Shown piece after piece: positions 52,846 to 64,000 of a stretch of DNA of 64,000 nt. The stretch spans positions 148,676,001 to 148,740,000 of the forward strand of contig NC_042999.1 in NCBI RefSeq assembly GCF_006345805.1. The letters are read 5' to 3'. The notes beneath the pieces are model-generated. The model saw nothing but the letters and a program-made list of their open reading frames with translations, ran no database searches and was not told the origin of the DNA. This DNA comes from Octopus sinensis (lineage: Eukaryota). How positions within the stretch are numbered: the stretch's first letter is position 1; each line of letters starts with the position of its first letter. The position numbers and the translations under genes were made by a program.

Positions 52846-54113
52846 ACTATGAATTAAGTTTCCTCGGAAATGTGAATATGAATGGAATGAAACAAGTTTG
52901 GTGTAGATCATACAACTGGTTATTGAGATATTAGGGGTTTTCAGGATGTAACTACCCAAAAATGGTGCATAATGGGAAAATTATCTGATAATAAGTTAAC
53001 ACTGAAAGGGAAGAAACTCTTACCTTTCGATTAGACACAGTGACTTGACAAAGAAAAAATACAATTTGTTTTTTATAGTAAATGTTTCTATTTTCGTTTT
53101 TGTTAAGCACAGTATTTTAATCATATAGAAATATTTTTAAGTGAATGTGATTTCAAAAATCTAAGTTGTTTGTATAGTAAGTATATATATTTTAGCTTTC
53201 TTTAAACAGATAATATTTTAATATCTTTTAAAATAATTTTCAAGTGAATACCATTATAAAAATTTTTTTGGGCATATTCAAAAAATATTTTAAAGTGAAA
53301 ATGACTTTCAAAATATAGTAAATATTTTGTAAAAGACTCATTTGTAACCTCAGAGTGAAATAATTGTTTTCCATAATTTTTTTCAAGTGCATTCAATGTA
53401 TCTCACCTCCAAAGATTTGACTGCTATTTCTAACATACCCTACTACCACGTAACAGCCATTTGAAATAAAGGACCCGAAATACCTGTTACACGGTAGCAG
53501 GGTGTGCAAGAAATAGCAGCCAAATTTTTCCTTTTCTGGAGAAAGGAGACGTTTACATGTGATTTCGATGTCACATTCAAAAGCATGGGAAATAAACTGT
53601 AAAGGGTATTAAAAAAAAGAACTCCGCTGCTGGAAAACTCAGACTCTCCCAGTGACCCAAGTGTGTTTGTGTGTATATACATACATACTCACACAGAACA
53701 AGAAACCTGTTCTGCTCCAGCTCTTTTCTTTCATACTTTACCTCTCCCTGCTCCTCATTCTCTCAGCTTAAAACTGCTTCACCCTCCACCTCAGGGTTTA
53801 TAATCTTGCAAGTTGCATGACAACCTCAGCAGTACTGGTGGCACAAAAAAGAAGTACCCAGTGAACATTGTAAAGTGGTTGGTTTTAGAAACGCCATCCA
53901 GCTATACAAATCATGCTGAGGCTGACAGTGAAGCATGATGCTCGTCAAACTGTCCAGCCCATGCCAGCATGGAACATGGACATTAAATGATTACAATGAT
54001 GATATAATTAGCCCATGTATTTGTATTTGTGCTGGCCAATGCTTGATCAGTTGCTGAATGTGAAGTTACACATACATCAATACATATCTTTATAAATAAT
54101 TATATTATATATA

Positions 54114-54330
54114 CAGTTATCCCTTGTCTATCACGGATGTTACATTCCACCCCAACAATAGGTAAAAATCCACAAAGTAGAAACAGTACTGTATATTTTT
54201 TTTTTTAATTATTTTTATAATTTGTATATATTTATTTTATTATAAATGCAAAGCAACATCACAGGGGAATCAAAGTAAGCTTAAATAATGAACCACGATA
54301 GGTGAACCACAATATGGCAAGGGATTACCG
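54114..54330. mobile_element. pogo/Tigger-type MITE (same family as 6140-6350)
   Basis: TA|CAGTTATCCCTTG ... CAAGGGATTACCG|TA; internal sequence homologous to 6140-6350. Confidence 0.72.
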
Positions 54331-54375
54331 TATGTATGTATATGTGTGTGTATATATATGTATATATATATATAT

Positions 54376-54745
54376 CATCATCATCATCATCATCGTTTAA
54401 CGTCCGTTTTCTGTGCTAGCACGGGTTGGACGGTTCGACCGGAGTCTGGGAAGCCAGGGCTGCACCAGGCTCCAGTCTGATCTGGCAGAGTTTCTACAGC
54501 TGGATGCCCTTCCTAACGCCAACCACTCCGCGAGTGTAGTGGGTGCTTTTTACGTGCCACCTGCACAGATGCCAGGGGGGTCCAGCATCGTCCAGGGGGG
54601 GGGGGCATCGTCTAGGGTGGTCCGCATCATCATTTAACATTTGTTGTCCGTGCTAGCATGGGTTGGACGGTTTGACTGGGCTGGCATGCTGGAAGGCTGC
54701 ACCAGGCTCCAGTCTGATTTGGTATGGTTTTCTATGGCAGGATAC
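54376..54745 (-). mobile_element. Two tandem RTE 3'UTR fragments
   Basis: Two catcat-tailed copies of the RTE 3' end, at about 54376 and 54626. Confidence 0.8.
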
Positions 54746-54974
54746 ACACACACATACACACAGACCCTAATCTAGAAATCCTCTTCCGATATGTTATTTA
54801 ATGTATACAGTATAGCTACAAGCTATTAATAGTTTCATGCATCAGAGGTGTAGTCTAGGCAAGTTTTTAATATCATCCCTTGTGCCAACAAGCAATCTCA
54901 GGTTTTGAGCATACGACTGATACAATTTACAAATCAGGATGCTAAAACAAGAGAAATCACGACAAAACACAAAA

Positions 54975-55033
<59 letters not shown>

Positions 55034-58000
55034 CAGAAGATATGATAGTTTCAAGGAACAAAATCCAACAAAATGTACCACTTTATCTGTTTTAACAGAG
55101 TGCCTAGTTCAGAGCATTGTCTATTTGAATCACCACAAGATTGTATTTCACCTTTGCTCATGTGTGTTTCTTTGTGTGAACAGAAAGCTTGAATGAAAAA
55201 AAAATGGAAAGATAAAAACAAAGATACAGATAGAAATATTGAAATTCTTATTATTTTGTGATGAAATTGTAGTTTTTATCATTTATGTTTATTTACAAAA
55301 ATTTTGAAGAGACCACTTTATGTATTACTGTGTTAATAGAGATTTAAGAGATATATATACATATATATATATAGATATTATATCCCATTAATTTTACACC
55401 AAATCAGCCACAAATACTAAGAAAAAGAGTATTAGTAATATTCACAGGAGGAATTTTGAAGTTTGGTTTTATTCCTTTGATCACTATTGAGAAAATATTT
55501 GTGTTTGTTATGTGAAAAGACATTTAGAAATAATGCAGTGATGCTTTTGAAGATGAAAGGCCGGAATGAAAGGATGCATTTAAATAAGGAAAACAAAAGT
55601 CTTTGGTTCTTTTTAGACATCAAAAAGAAAAAAGGTTAAGACAAAGTTCAATCTTAACATCGTTCTCATTTCTCTAGTTACCATCTTGTACTGATACCAA
55701 AGTGAAGGTCTTTTACAATGTAATCTGTAACCCTTTTGTCACCATATTTCTGTTGAATACATTGTCATTGATTGAATTAATTTTGGAAAGTAAGAGAGTT
55801 CATTACAACAATTTTGTTGTTGTTAAGATGGTATTTGAAACATAAATGAACATGAAATTTTGATCACTTTAGAGTTGGAAGTTTGAATCAGAACCAGGAG
55901 CGGTCCCAGTTGGGTTAATGTCAGAAGGTTTGATATTGGAAAAGAAAGAATGAGAGAGGGAGAGAGAAACAGAAAGGGAAAAAGAAAGAATGAGAGAGAG
56001 GAAGGAAGTCTGTCATGCCTTTGACAAGATCAAATGTCTTTGTTTCTATGCCAGTTACTTTACAGAGTGTGTGTAGTGTATTTTATTATTGCACCAGCAC
56101 TAGAGAGGTTACCTTGCTCTCTGCAAGGCTAAAGTATTTTTTCTATTCAAGTTTTTCAAGGCAAACAATAAAGTCAGTGAACAGAAGAGAAAGTATGAAT
56201 AGTGTGATTGAAGAAATAGAGTGATCATGTAAAAGCACCTCTTACACTCTCGGAGTGGTTGGCATTAGGAAGGACATCCAGCTGTAGAAAACCATGCCAA
56301 ATTAGACTGGATCCTGGTGCAGCCTTCCAATATACCAGCCCATGCCAGCATGGATAACAGACATATGATGATAATGATGAAATGAAAGGAAGGAGTAAGG
56401 GAGAAGATGGTGATAGCAATATTTTGGTTAACATGGAAACCAAACAGAAAAATAATATAAGAAGCATGATGGGATAGAAATAAAGATGGGTGATGATTAA
56501 AGAAAAAGTGTGAAAATGGTTGGTAGAGATGTTCTATGGTAGGTTAAAGTACTAGATGCCAATGACAAGTTATATGGGGTAAAGAGAATGATGACAAGCA
56601 GTCGTGATCTGTGATGTTGGTGGGATTGGATACAAGCTGACCAGATATCATCCTTCATTATACAGGTGATATGGTACAGTGAAAAGGAGAGTGAAAGAGT
56701 AATGAAGAGGATAGTAAATGTAAACTAAATTGGAATAAAACAGGTGAATTACCCTATGTAGGTATAAGTCTCAACCTCTATCACTGCCACTACCATCAGT
56801 TTAAAGATCATTTTACTATGCTTGTATTAATGAGCAGGGTATTATATGCATGTTTATAAACAATAGATATCAGAACTGGTATAGCAGTGTTCTGAATTCA
56901 AATCCTGCTCAAGTTAACTTCAACCAATTTTGGGAGGAGAAAACGAGAAATACTGGATTGATACAATCAATTAAACCTCTTGAAAGTGATGTCCTAGCAT
57001 GGTCAGAATCCAATGATTGAAATCATTAAAAGTGGGCATACATATCATTAGTGCTAAAGACGGACAGTAGTGTGTGTGTGAGAGAGAGAGAGAGACGAAG
57101 ACAGAAATAGACAGACAGACAGAGAGCAAAAAGTGACTGCTTTGAGAACTTTATCAAGGATAAGAAAAAGTATTTACATTTTTATCAATATATGCTACCG
57201 GTTTCAATTGCTTTAAAAGACAATTTAGTCATGCTAAAAAATGAAGAGTAAAAAATATATTGAAATAAATTAATTAAAAACATGTGAACTTCCAGAACTA
57301 ACATCATGAAAGGTTAATTTAATTTGATTTATATCATTTTATTTTTCCTTTTATTTCAGCTTGACTGAATCATCTTTTAAAGTGACTGAAACTGGAAATA
57401 TATTTTGATAACAATGTAAATATTTTCTTTACTTTTATCCATGATAAAGTTTTCAAATTATTTTCTTTTTGTTTTAAATATAAATTTACCCTCATGCAAC
57501 TTCTTTTTCGATATATAATAATACATATATTGCATATTTGTATATACATCTATGTAACATTGGTAATTTAATGGCAAGAATCTAAGAAAGAAAATTTATA
57601 CTTCATCCTGTGTGATGCATTAGTCTAGTCTACAAAATATGAAGTTTCTGTATGCTGTCTGGAGGCTAATGCCATTACATTATAAAACAATAAACAAATA
57701 TCAAATAGATTTGATTATCTGATAAGATCAATTCTTATTGGTAATCTAATAATGTTCTTTAAATGCTCCAATTTTGAATCAATTTTATTCTCTTTAAAGC
57801 CTATTGTAAGTAAATCTCATACAAAAGTGAATTAGACGCCAAAATTCAATCAAATTGCTTTGAAGCCAGTCAATAATGCATAATATCATTTTCATGTTTT
57901 TGCTAACGTAAAGCTAACATCAAATTTTTCTTAAAATACAAAGTTAATTTGAATCTTCACTTTTAATATCTTTTTACAGCATAACCAGAACAAGAGCAAT

Positions 58001-60009
58001 GTCCATGGACTTTAAGACACATGAGGGGGGAAAGAGAAAAATCAACATGGGTTTAGCAGATATGCTTAGTGTTAATTTCAGAGACCCTTTCCAAATATAT
58101 TTAACAACACCATCAAGAAAATACTACAACTTCCTTAAATGTACAAAAACCAATGATACTTTAGGACAATCCAACACCTGATTCACTTACTATATAGACT
58201 TAACCCTTTTGATACTAACCCATCTGAAACTGCCCCTGGTTATATGATACAAAGTTGTTGTTTAAAGGGATGTAAATTAAAATCTTTCATTAAAATGTTA
58301 ACTTGCATTCTAAACACCAGGTTAATGAAGAGAACTATTTTACTAAATTCTTCAGTATTTTTACAATTAACTGAAATAAAGGAAGCCTATTTCAATAGAA
58401 ATATAGCAACAAAAGTATTAAAAGCATGCTATGACTCACAATACTGATTTAACACATTGTGTCCTGACTCACAACACAAAAGTAAAACCAGTCATGAAGT
58501 CGCTATATTAGCATTTCTCAAATAGTTCACTGCAATGCTCTTGCAAGAAGTATTTAGGTGGGCCACAGATTTTAAAAATGTAATTTAAGACTTTAAAAAA
58601 TTCACACTAAAGCTTGAGTATCTTGAAAAACACAGTCATAATTTTATCAAACACATATGATTAATAAAACTAAGTGAGCAATTGTATTTTCTGTATATTT
58701 TTGTAAGTTTGTAACTTTAAACTTTAGTTGTGAAGTGTTCAAGTAATCTTATATTTGCTCTCTAGTGAGTCAGAAAGACAAAAAAATTGAGAACCACTAC
58801 TCTACATAGTGGTTATTTAGAAACAGGTGGAAGTTTGGTAATAGGAAGGGCAACTGGCCTTAAAAAAACCCTGCCTTAATAAATTCTATTTGACCCATGC
58901 AAAGATGGAAAAGTGAACATTGAATGATGATCACACTCACACAAACACATATAAATATACATACTTACAAAAGCGTGTATAGATATACATACATACAAGA
59001 GTATGTACAGTTTCTATCTACAGAATTCTATAAAATATTGCTTAACCTAGGACTGTGATAGAAGACCCCTGACCAAAGTCCCATGCAGTGGGACCAAACC
59101 AAGAAACCCAAGGTGTGGTGAAAAACTTCTTAACCATACTAACCACACAGCTATACTAGTTCCAGATTTTTTTGCTCTAGACTTTTACAATGTTGTTATT
59201 TTAAGCAGAGTCTCTTGCTAACACTAATTGACTCATTAAGACATCATTGTTCTTGTGTTTTCTTTACAATCACCGACTACTTACAAGCGAAATTTGATAC
59301 AGTGTAACAGACCACCAAGCTATTCTTATTTTTCAATCATTTTCATGTGCCATACCTACAAGTGGCAATGATCAAGGATCTCCACCAAATCTTATCCCAC
59401 ACACATCATCATTATTCATGTCCACGTCCACTCTTCATGCTGGCATGGGTTTGGTAGACACAACTTTGGACGTTATTGGGCTAACCTTTCTAAAGCCAAC
59501 TGGTAAGACCATAAAGTACTCTCTCTCTCTCTCTGCTTCTTTACTGTTTCCCACTTGTCACCAAGTGCTCAAGGCTTCTGCTTTGTGGGCCAATGAACTT
59601 AGCCTGTTGTCTCTATGTTGTTAAGAAGCTTCCAGGTGATCCTTGCTTACAAAGGACTTTGATGTTTGTTATTTCATTTGCACAGGGAAGACTAAAAGGA
59701 GTCACAGGTACTACTCTTCTTGACTATTCTAAACGATATTTTAATGGTGGAACAAAAACAGTAGTAGTAATGAAATCAATAATCAGAAATGTTACACTGG
59801 TGGAATCTGAACATTGCATCTTTTAGTCATTAATTCATCACCTTAACCACTCAGCTAACTTTAAAACATATCTTAGCATGGTCAAAGGTGGAAGAAGTTT
59901 GCTCCACAATTATGAGATTTCAGGCTCGGTCCTACTGTGTGGCATCTTGGGCTACACAGTAGGATCAGGCTATAGCGAAAGACACTTCTACCGTAAACCA
60001 TCATAATCT

Positions 60010-60430
60010 GGTCAAGCTTGCTCGGACATTTTTAACTTGCACATGCCATCCATCTCATTCCCACATTAGTTGAGGGAGGTCTTCGGGGAGGCATCCAGTT
60101 TCTCTAATGAGTTGTTCTACATAATTACGTTCACATGACTTGCTCAAGTATGGCTATGCTTTGGTATCCATGACAGTAAGTCACTTGTCAGCTCTTGCTT
60201 AGCTCACCAACAATGTCCTGCACAAGAACCTTTCCCTTATAATGGTAGAAAGAGATAGATCTCTTTACAGCTGTTTCTTGGTGGGGTGACTTCTCCAAGA
60301 TATGTTTTAAGACTACTGTCAACATTTGGGTGCAAGTTCCATCTAGCATGGATTCCAATTTTTGGTAAGTGTCCATAGCCCAAAGATAAGATAAAAGTTG
60401 GCTTAAGCTGACCCAAGTGTTGTTGGTGAA
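60010..60430 (-). mobile_element. Decayed RTE/RTE-X-like LINE C-terminal fragment
   Basis: Minus translation KLESMLDGTCTQMLTVVL..SPHQE... resembles the RTE C-terminal pattern LEKRLDGCYTRMLRAVLNISWKSHPT; many stops and frameshifts. Confidence 0.55.
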
Positions 60431-60984
60431 ATTGGGCAGATGGAAATTTTGTAGAAGCTTGTCAAATGGATTTCTCTCCTATCTATTAAAGGAGGCACAG
60501 ACACTTTCACACACTCATATACAATAAGAACTTCTGTCTACCAAATTCAATCACAAGACTTTGGACTGTACCTGTAACTTAAAAAGTCATCTTGTTACAC
60601 TCGGTCACACACATTCCTCCTGAGAATTACATTAGGAGTACACAAGTCAGTACTATTTTTAGCCCACTTACACACTAACTCAATGAGCAGGTGGTTCACT
60701 TGGTCAAACAACTGACAACTCATTCTCAAAACTTAAAAGAAAAACAACTAAACTAAATTATGATGAACTAATTAGGTCAGCTATTTTTTTTTTAATTATT
60801 TATTATTTTATTTTTATCTGTACAAAATGTTATTCTATCTAAAGCAAGCTTGGCTTTGATATATACCATTCCTGACTTTTACAGGAAGTAACATAAGCCG
60901 GTTTTAAATGTTTGAAGTTCATGCTTTGAAAGCCAAATGCCAGGACAGAAAAGGGTGACTAATTTTCAGAAAAACCAGTCAAAT

Positions 60985-61010
60985 TGCTTTTACATGCACA
61001 CACATACACA

Positions 61011-61068
<58 letters not shown>

Positions 61069-61157
61069 CTCTCACACACACACTCTCTCTCTCACACACA
61101 CACACTCTCTCTCTCTCACACACACACTCTCACTCTCTCTCTCTCTCACACACACTC

Positions 61158-61188
<31 letters not shown>

Positions 61189-61195
61189 CACACAT
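60985..61195. repeat. Compound (CA)n/(CT)n microsatellite
   Basis: Direct inspection. Confidence 0.95.
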
Positions 61196-63149
61196 AAAAT
61201 TTAAATCAATGTACTTAACCAAGTAATTTTTTTCTTCCTTTTCAGGTTGATCCAGTTATTTCATATAATTTGACCTTGAATGTTTTGGTTTTAACCACAT
61301 TAAAAAGAGAACAAAATAAGCTAAATTTGTTGGGTTTTTTTTTTTCCTTTTCATCCTAAGGGATTAAGAGCAAACAATATTCCAACAAATTTCTTCATTA
61401 CTATTCTTTAGTTAGAGGAAAGTAAATAACAGAGGTGCAAACACGGCTTCTCAACCACAAGGTTCTGGGTTCATTCCTACTGCATGGCACCTTGGACAAG
61501 GGTCTTCTACTACAACCTCAGTTTGAACAAAGCCTTGTGAGTGGATTAGGTGGAGAGAAACTGAAAGAAGCTTGTTGTGTGTGTGTCCCCATTGCCATTT
61601 GACAACCATTGTCAGTATGTTTACGTCCCTGTAATTTAGCAGTTCAGCAAAAGAGACAGAATAGGTACAAGGCTTTAAAACAAAAGAAATAATACTAGAG
61701 TCAATTCATTCAACTACAAATTCTTCAAGGTGGTCCCCTAGCATAACCACAGTCAAATGGCTGAAACAAGTATATAAAAGAAAACATGGTTAACATTGCA
61801 ACAATTAATGGCAAACAAGCCTAGCAGTGTTTAGTTGCATCAACTTGTTAGCAGTTCAAATTCTGCCAGAATCAATTTTACTATTTATCTTTCAATGGAA
61901 CGGACATTGATAAAATAAATATAATTTTTTTAAAAATGCTAAATATTAGACTTATTAAGTTGACTATACACATTCTGCCAAATTTTCTGGTCCTTGCATC
62001 AATATAAAAAGTATTTTTTACTAATAGTAAGCATCATTGCACAAATGGTAAAATTTCTTTATGTTGTCTGCAAGCTGGTATTATGCCACAACCACCGATG
62101 ATTCTCTCTAGAAAACAATGAACATCTCATTTCACCTCTTTGTATTATCATCTTTAACGTCCATGTTCCATGCTGGCATGGGTTGGATGATTTGACAGAA
62201 AACTGTTAAGCTGGGGAGCTGCACCAAGTTCCAATCTGATTTGGCATGATTTCTACAGTTGGATGCCCTTCCTAATGCCAACCACTACAAGGGTGTAGTG
62301 GGTGCTTTTTATATGCCACTGGCACAGGTGCCAGTTACCTAACACCAGCATCAATCAAAACTACAATCTCATTTGGCTTGACAGGTTTTCTCAAGCAGAG
62401 TATATCACCAAAGGTCTCGATCACTTGTCACTGCCTCCACGAGGCCCAACATTTGAAGGGTCCTTTTTATGTGCCATCCAGCATAGGTGCCAGTTACATG
62501 ACATTGGCATCAGTCGTGACTACAATTTCACTTGGTTTGACGGGTCTTCTCAAGCACAGCATATCGCTCAACGTTCAATGCCTTATAAAATTTGTTCTAA
62601 TAATTGGTGCTATAGGTTCAAATCCAGTTGAGGCCAACTTTACTTTTCATACTTTTTGGGGTAGATAAAAAAGTACCGATCCAAGGCAATAGATTGGCAA
62701 CACTGCAAGACATTGGCGAACAATTTAGTCCTCAGACCCATCAGATCTTGTCAAACCATCCAACCCATGCTAGCTGATGATGATGATGTAAGAACATCAG
62801 ATTAGATGCCTGTCATCTTGGGTATCTTTAGCAGAGGCCACTATGTTGCAGACATTGGGTCAGGTGTCCAATTTGAAGGTACGTTCTTCCTTGCCCCCCA
62901 CAAGTCCTGGATCATGGGCACTAGCTTATTTCCCAACTAAAAAGAAGAAAAAAAAACTTGCAAGTTTGTGATTGTTAAATCATGATTCAAGCACTTCACA
63001 CTGGATGTGAAAAAGAATAGTCTGGCATCCTATTTTGAGGAATAATTTGGCTGATACTCTATCAGCCAAACGGTAGTTAAGACAAGGACTTCATTAAATT
63101 TTATTTTAAGAGAACAATTAAAAGTAAAATACTTAGATTTAATGAACAG

Positions 63150-63370
63150 TATGATATTCTTTTCTACTCTAGGTTCAAGGCCCAAAATTTTGAGGGAGGG
63201 GGCCAGTTGATTAGATCGACCCTAGTATGCAACTGGTACTTAATTTATCAACCCCGAAAGGATGAAAGGCAAAGTTGACCTTGGTGGAATTTGAACTCAG
63301 AATGTAAAGACAGATGAAATGCCGCTAAGCATTTCGCCCGGCGTGCTAACATATCTGCCAGCTCGCCACT
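63150..63370 (-). mobile_element. SINE family 2 copy
   Basis: Reverse homology to 25056-25285; similar copies at 15870-16070, 21870-22100 and 26190-26570. Confidence 0.8.
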
Positions 63371-64000
63371 TTCATGAACAGTATGATATTGCCAACCCTA
63401 CCACCACCACCTTCAAAATCTAAATGAAATGAGACAATGACCTGACATCAGTGCATCTCTAAACCAGCAATGCCAATCCTTTAATGCCAAATCAGACTAG
63501 AACTTGGTGCAGCATGGAAAAGGAACATTAAAGGATGATGATATATACGATGGGCTTCTTTCAGTTTCCATCTACCATATCCACTCACAAGGCTTTGGTT
63601 GGTCTGAGGTTATAGTCGAAGACACTTGCTCGAAATGGTACACAGTGGAACTGAACCCAGAACCAAGTGGTTGGGAAGCCAACTTCTTACCACACAGCCA
63701 AAGAACAGAATGATCATAGCTTGAACTCTCATTACAGGTCTACTCAATCAAGGCTGATCTTTGGCTAAGCTTCAACAACAACAACAACACCAACACCATC
63801 CTATGAGTTGTACTAATTGAATATGTTCTGTTAAAAACAAAGTTTCACTTTCTATTTGGTTTTATTAGCACTGTTACATTATTGAAGTCTCGGTTTTGGA
63901 ACTTAATCACACCACAGCTCTGGTGTGGGGTTAGGGTCAATAAATAAAGTACCAACCAATCCAAACATAAAGCTCCAAATGGAATTAACAGGTGTAATAA

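Noticed and set aside
52588-52959. 123-aa minus-strand ORF overlapping the hammerhead element
   Set aside because: No recognisable motif; explained by the higher GC content of the antisense structured element.
56588-56641. C/D-box snoRNA-like motif (ATGATGA...CTGA)
   Set aside because: Too short, no terminal stem, and no recognisable rRNA or snRNA guide.
60672-60731. 60-nt minus-strand exon candidate (LRMSCQLFDQVNHLLIELV) with good AG/GTAAGT sites, in phase with the 53024 micro-exon
   Set aside because: It lies inside a decayed copy of SINE family 3 (homologous to 13850-14000), so the signals are probably fortuitous. Exonisation cannot be excluded without RNA data.
733-63713. ORF-track proteins rich in H/T, C/V or Y/I, and SINE-derived ORFs (e.g. 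14644-15159, 32009-32344, 34981-35610, 37562-37856)
   Set aside because: They are translations of CA/TA/GA microsatellites or of SINE and RTE UTR sequence, not genes.

Overview
AT-rich, repeat-dense animal genomic DNA, most likely from an octopus (Octopus sp.). This is inferred from recognising the SINE families and the RTE-LINE tails. It reads as intronic or intergenic sequence, and no host protein-coding exon can be assigned with confidence. Nearly all ORFs in the supplied track are microsatellite or repeat artefacts. The only real protein homologies are decayed transposons: a Tc1 transposase (37.9-39.0 kb), RTE LINE reverse-transcriptase C-termini (11.4, 34.5-35.1, 35.7-36.3 and 60.0-60.4 kb), CR1-type fragments and a possible Penelope GIY-YIG remnant. 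Also present are dozens of tRNA-derived SINEs of at least four families, many RTE 3'UTR fragments with (GAT)n tails, hAT, pogo/Tigger and piggyBac-type MITEs, and a Helitron. The most notable feature is a type I hammerhead ribozyme at 52626-52682 (+), with a palindromic minimal stem III and a U4C core variant. It lies inside a structured 364-nt unit with a 33-nt terminal redundancy, resembling a retrozyme or a Penelope pseudo-LTR. Secondary observations are a candidate recursive splice site, candidate micro-exons, several long fold-back palindromes, headless SINE multimers sharing one junction, and a CpG-retaining island. All structures were derived by eye, with no folding or database search.
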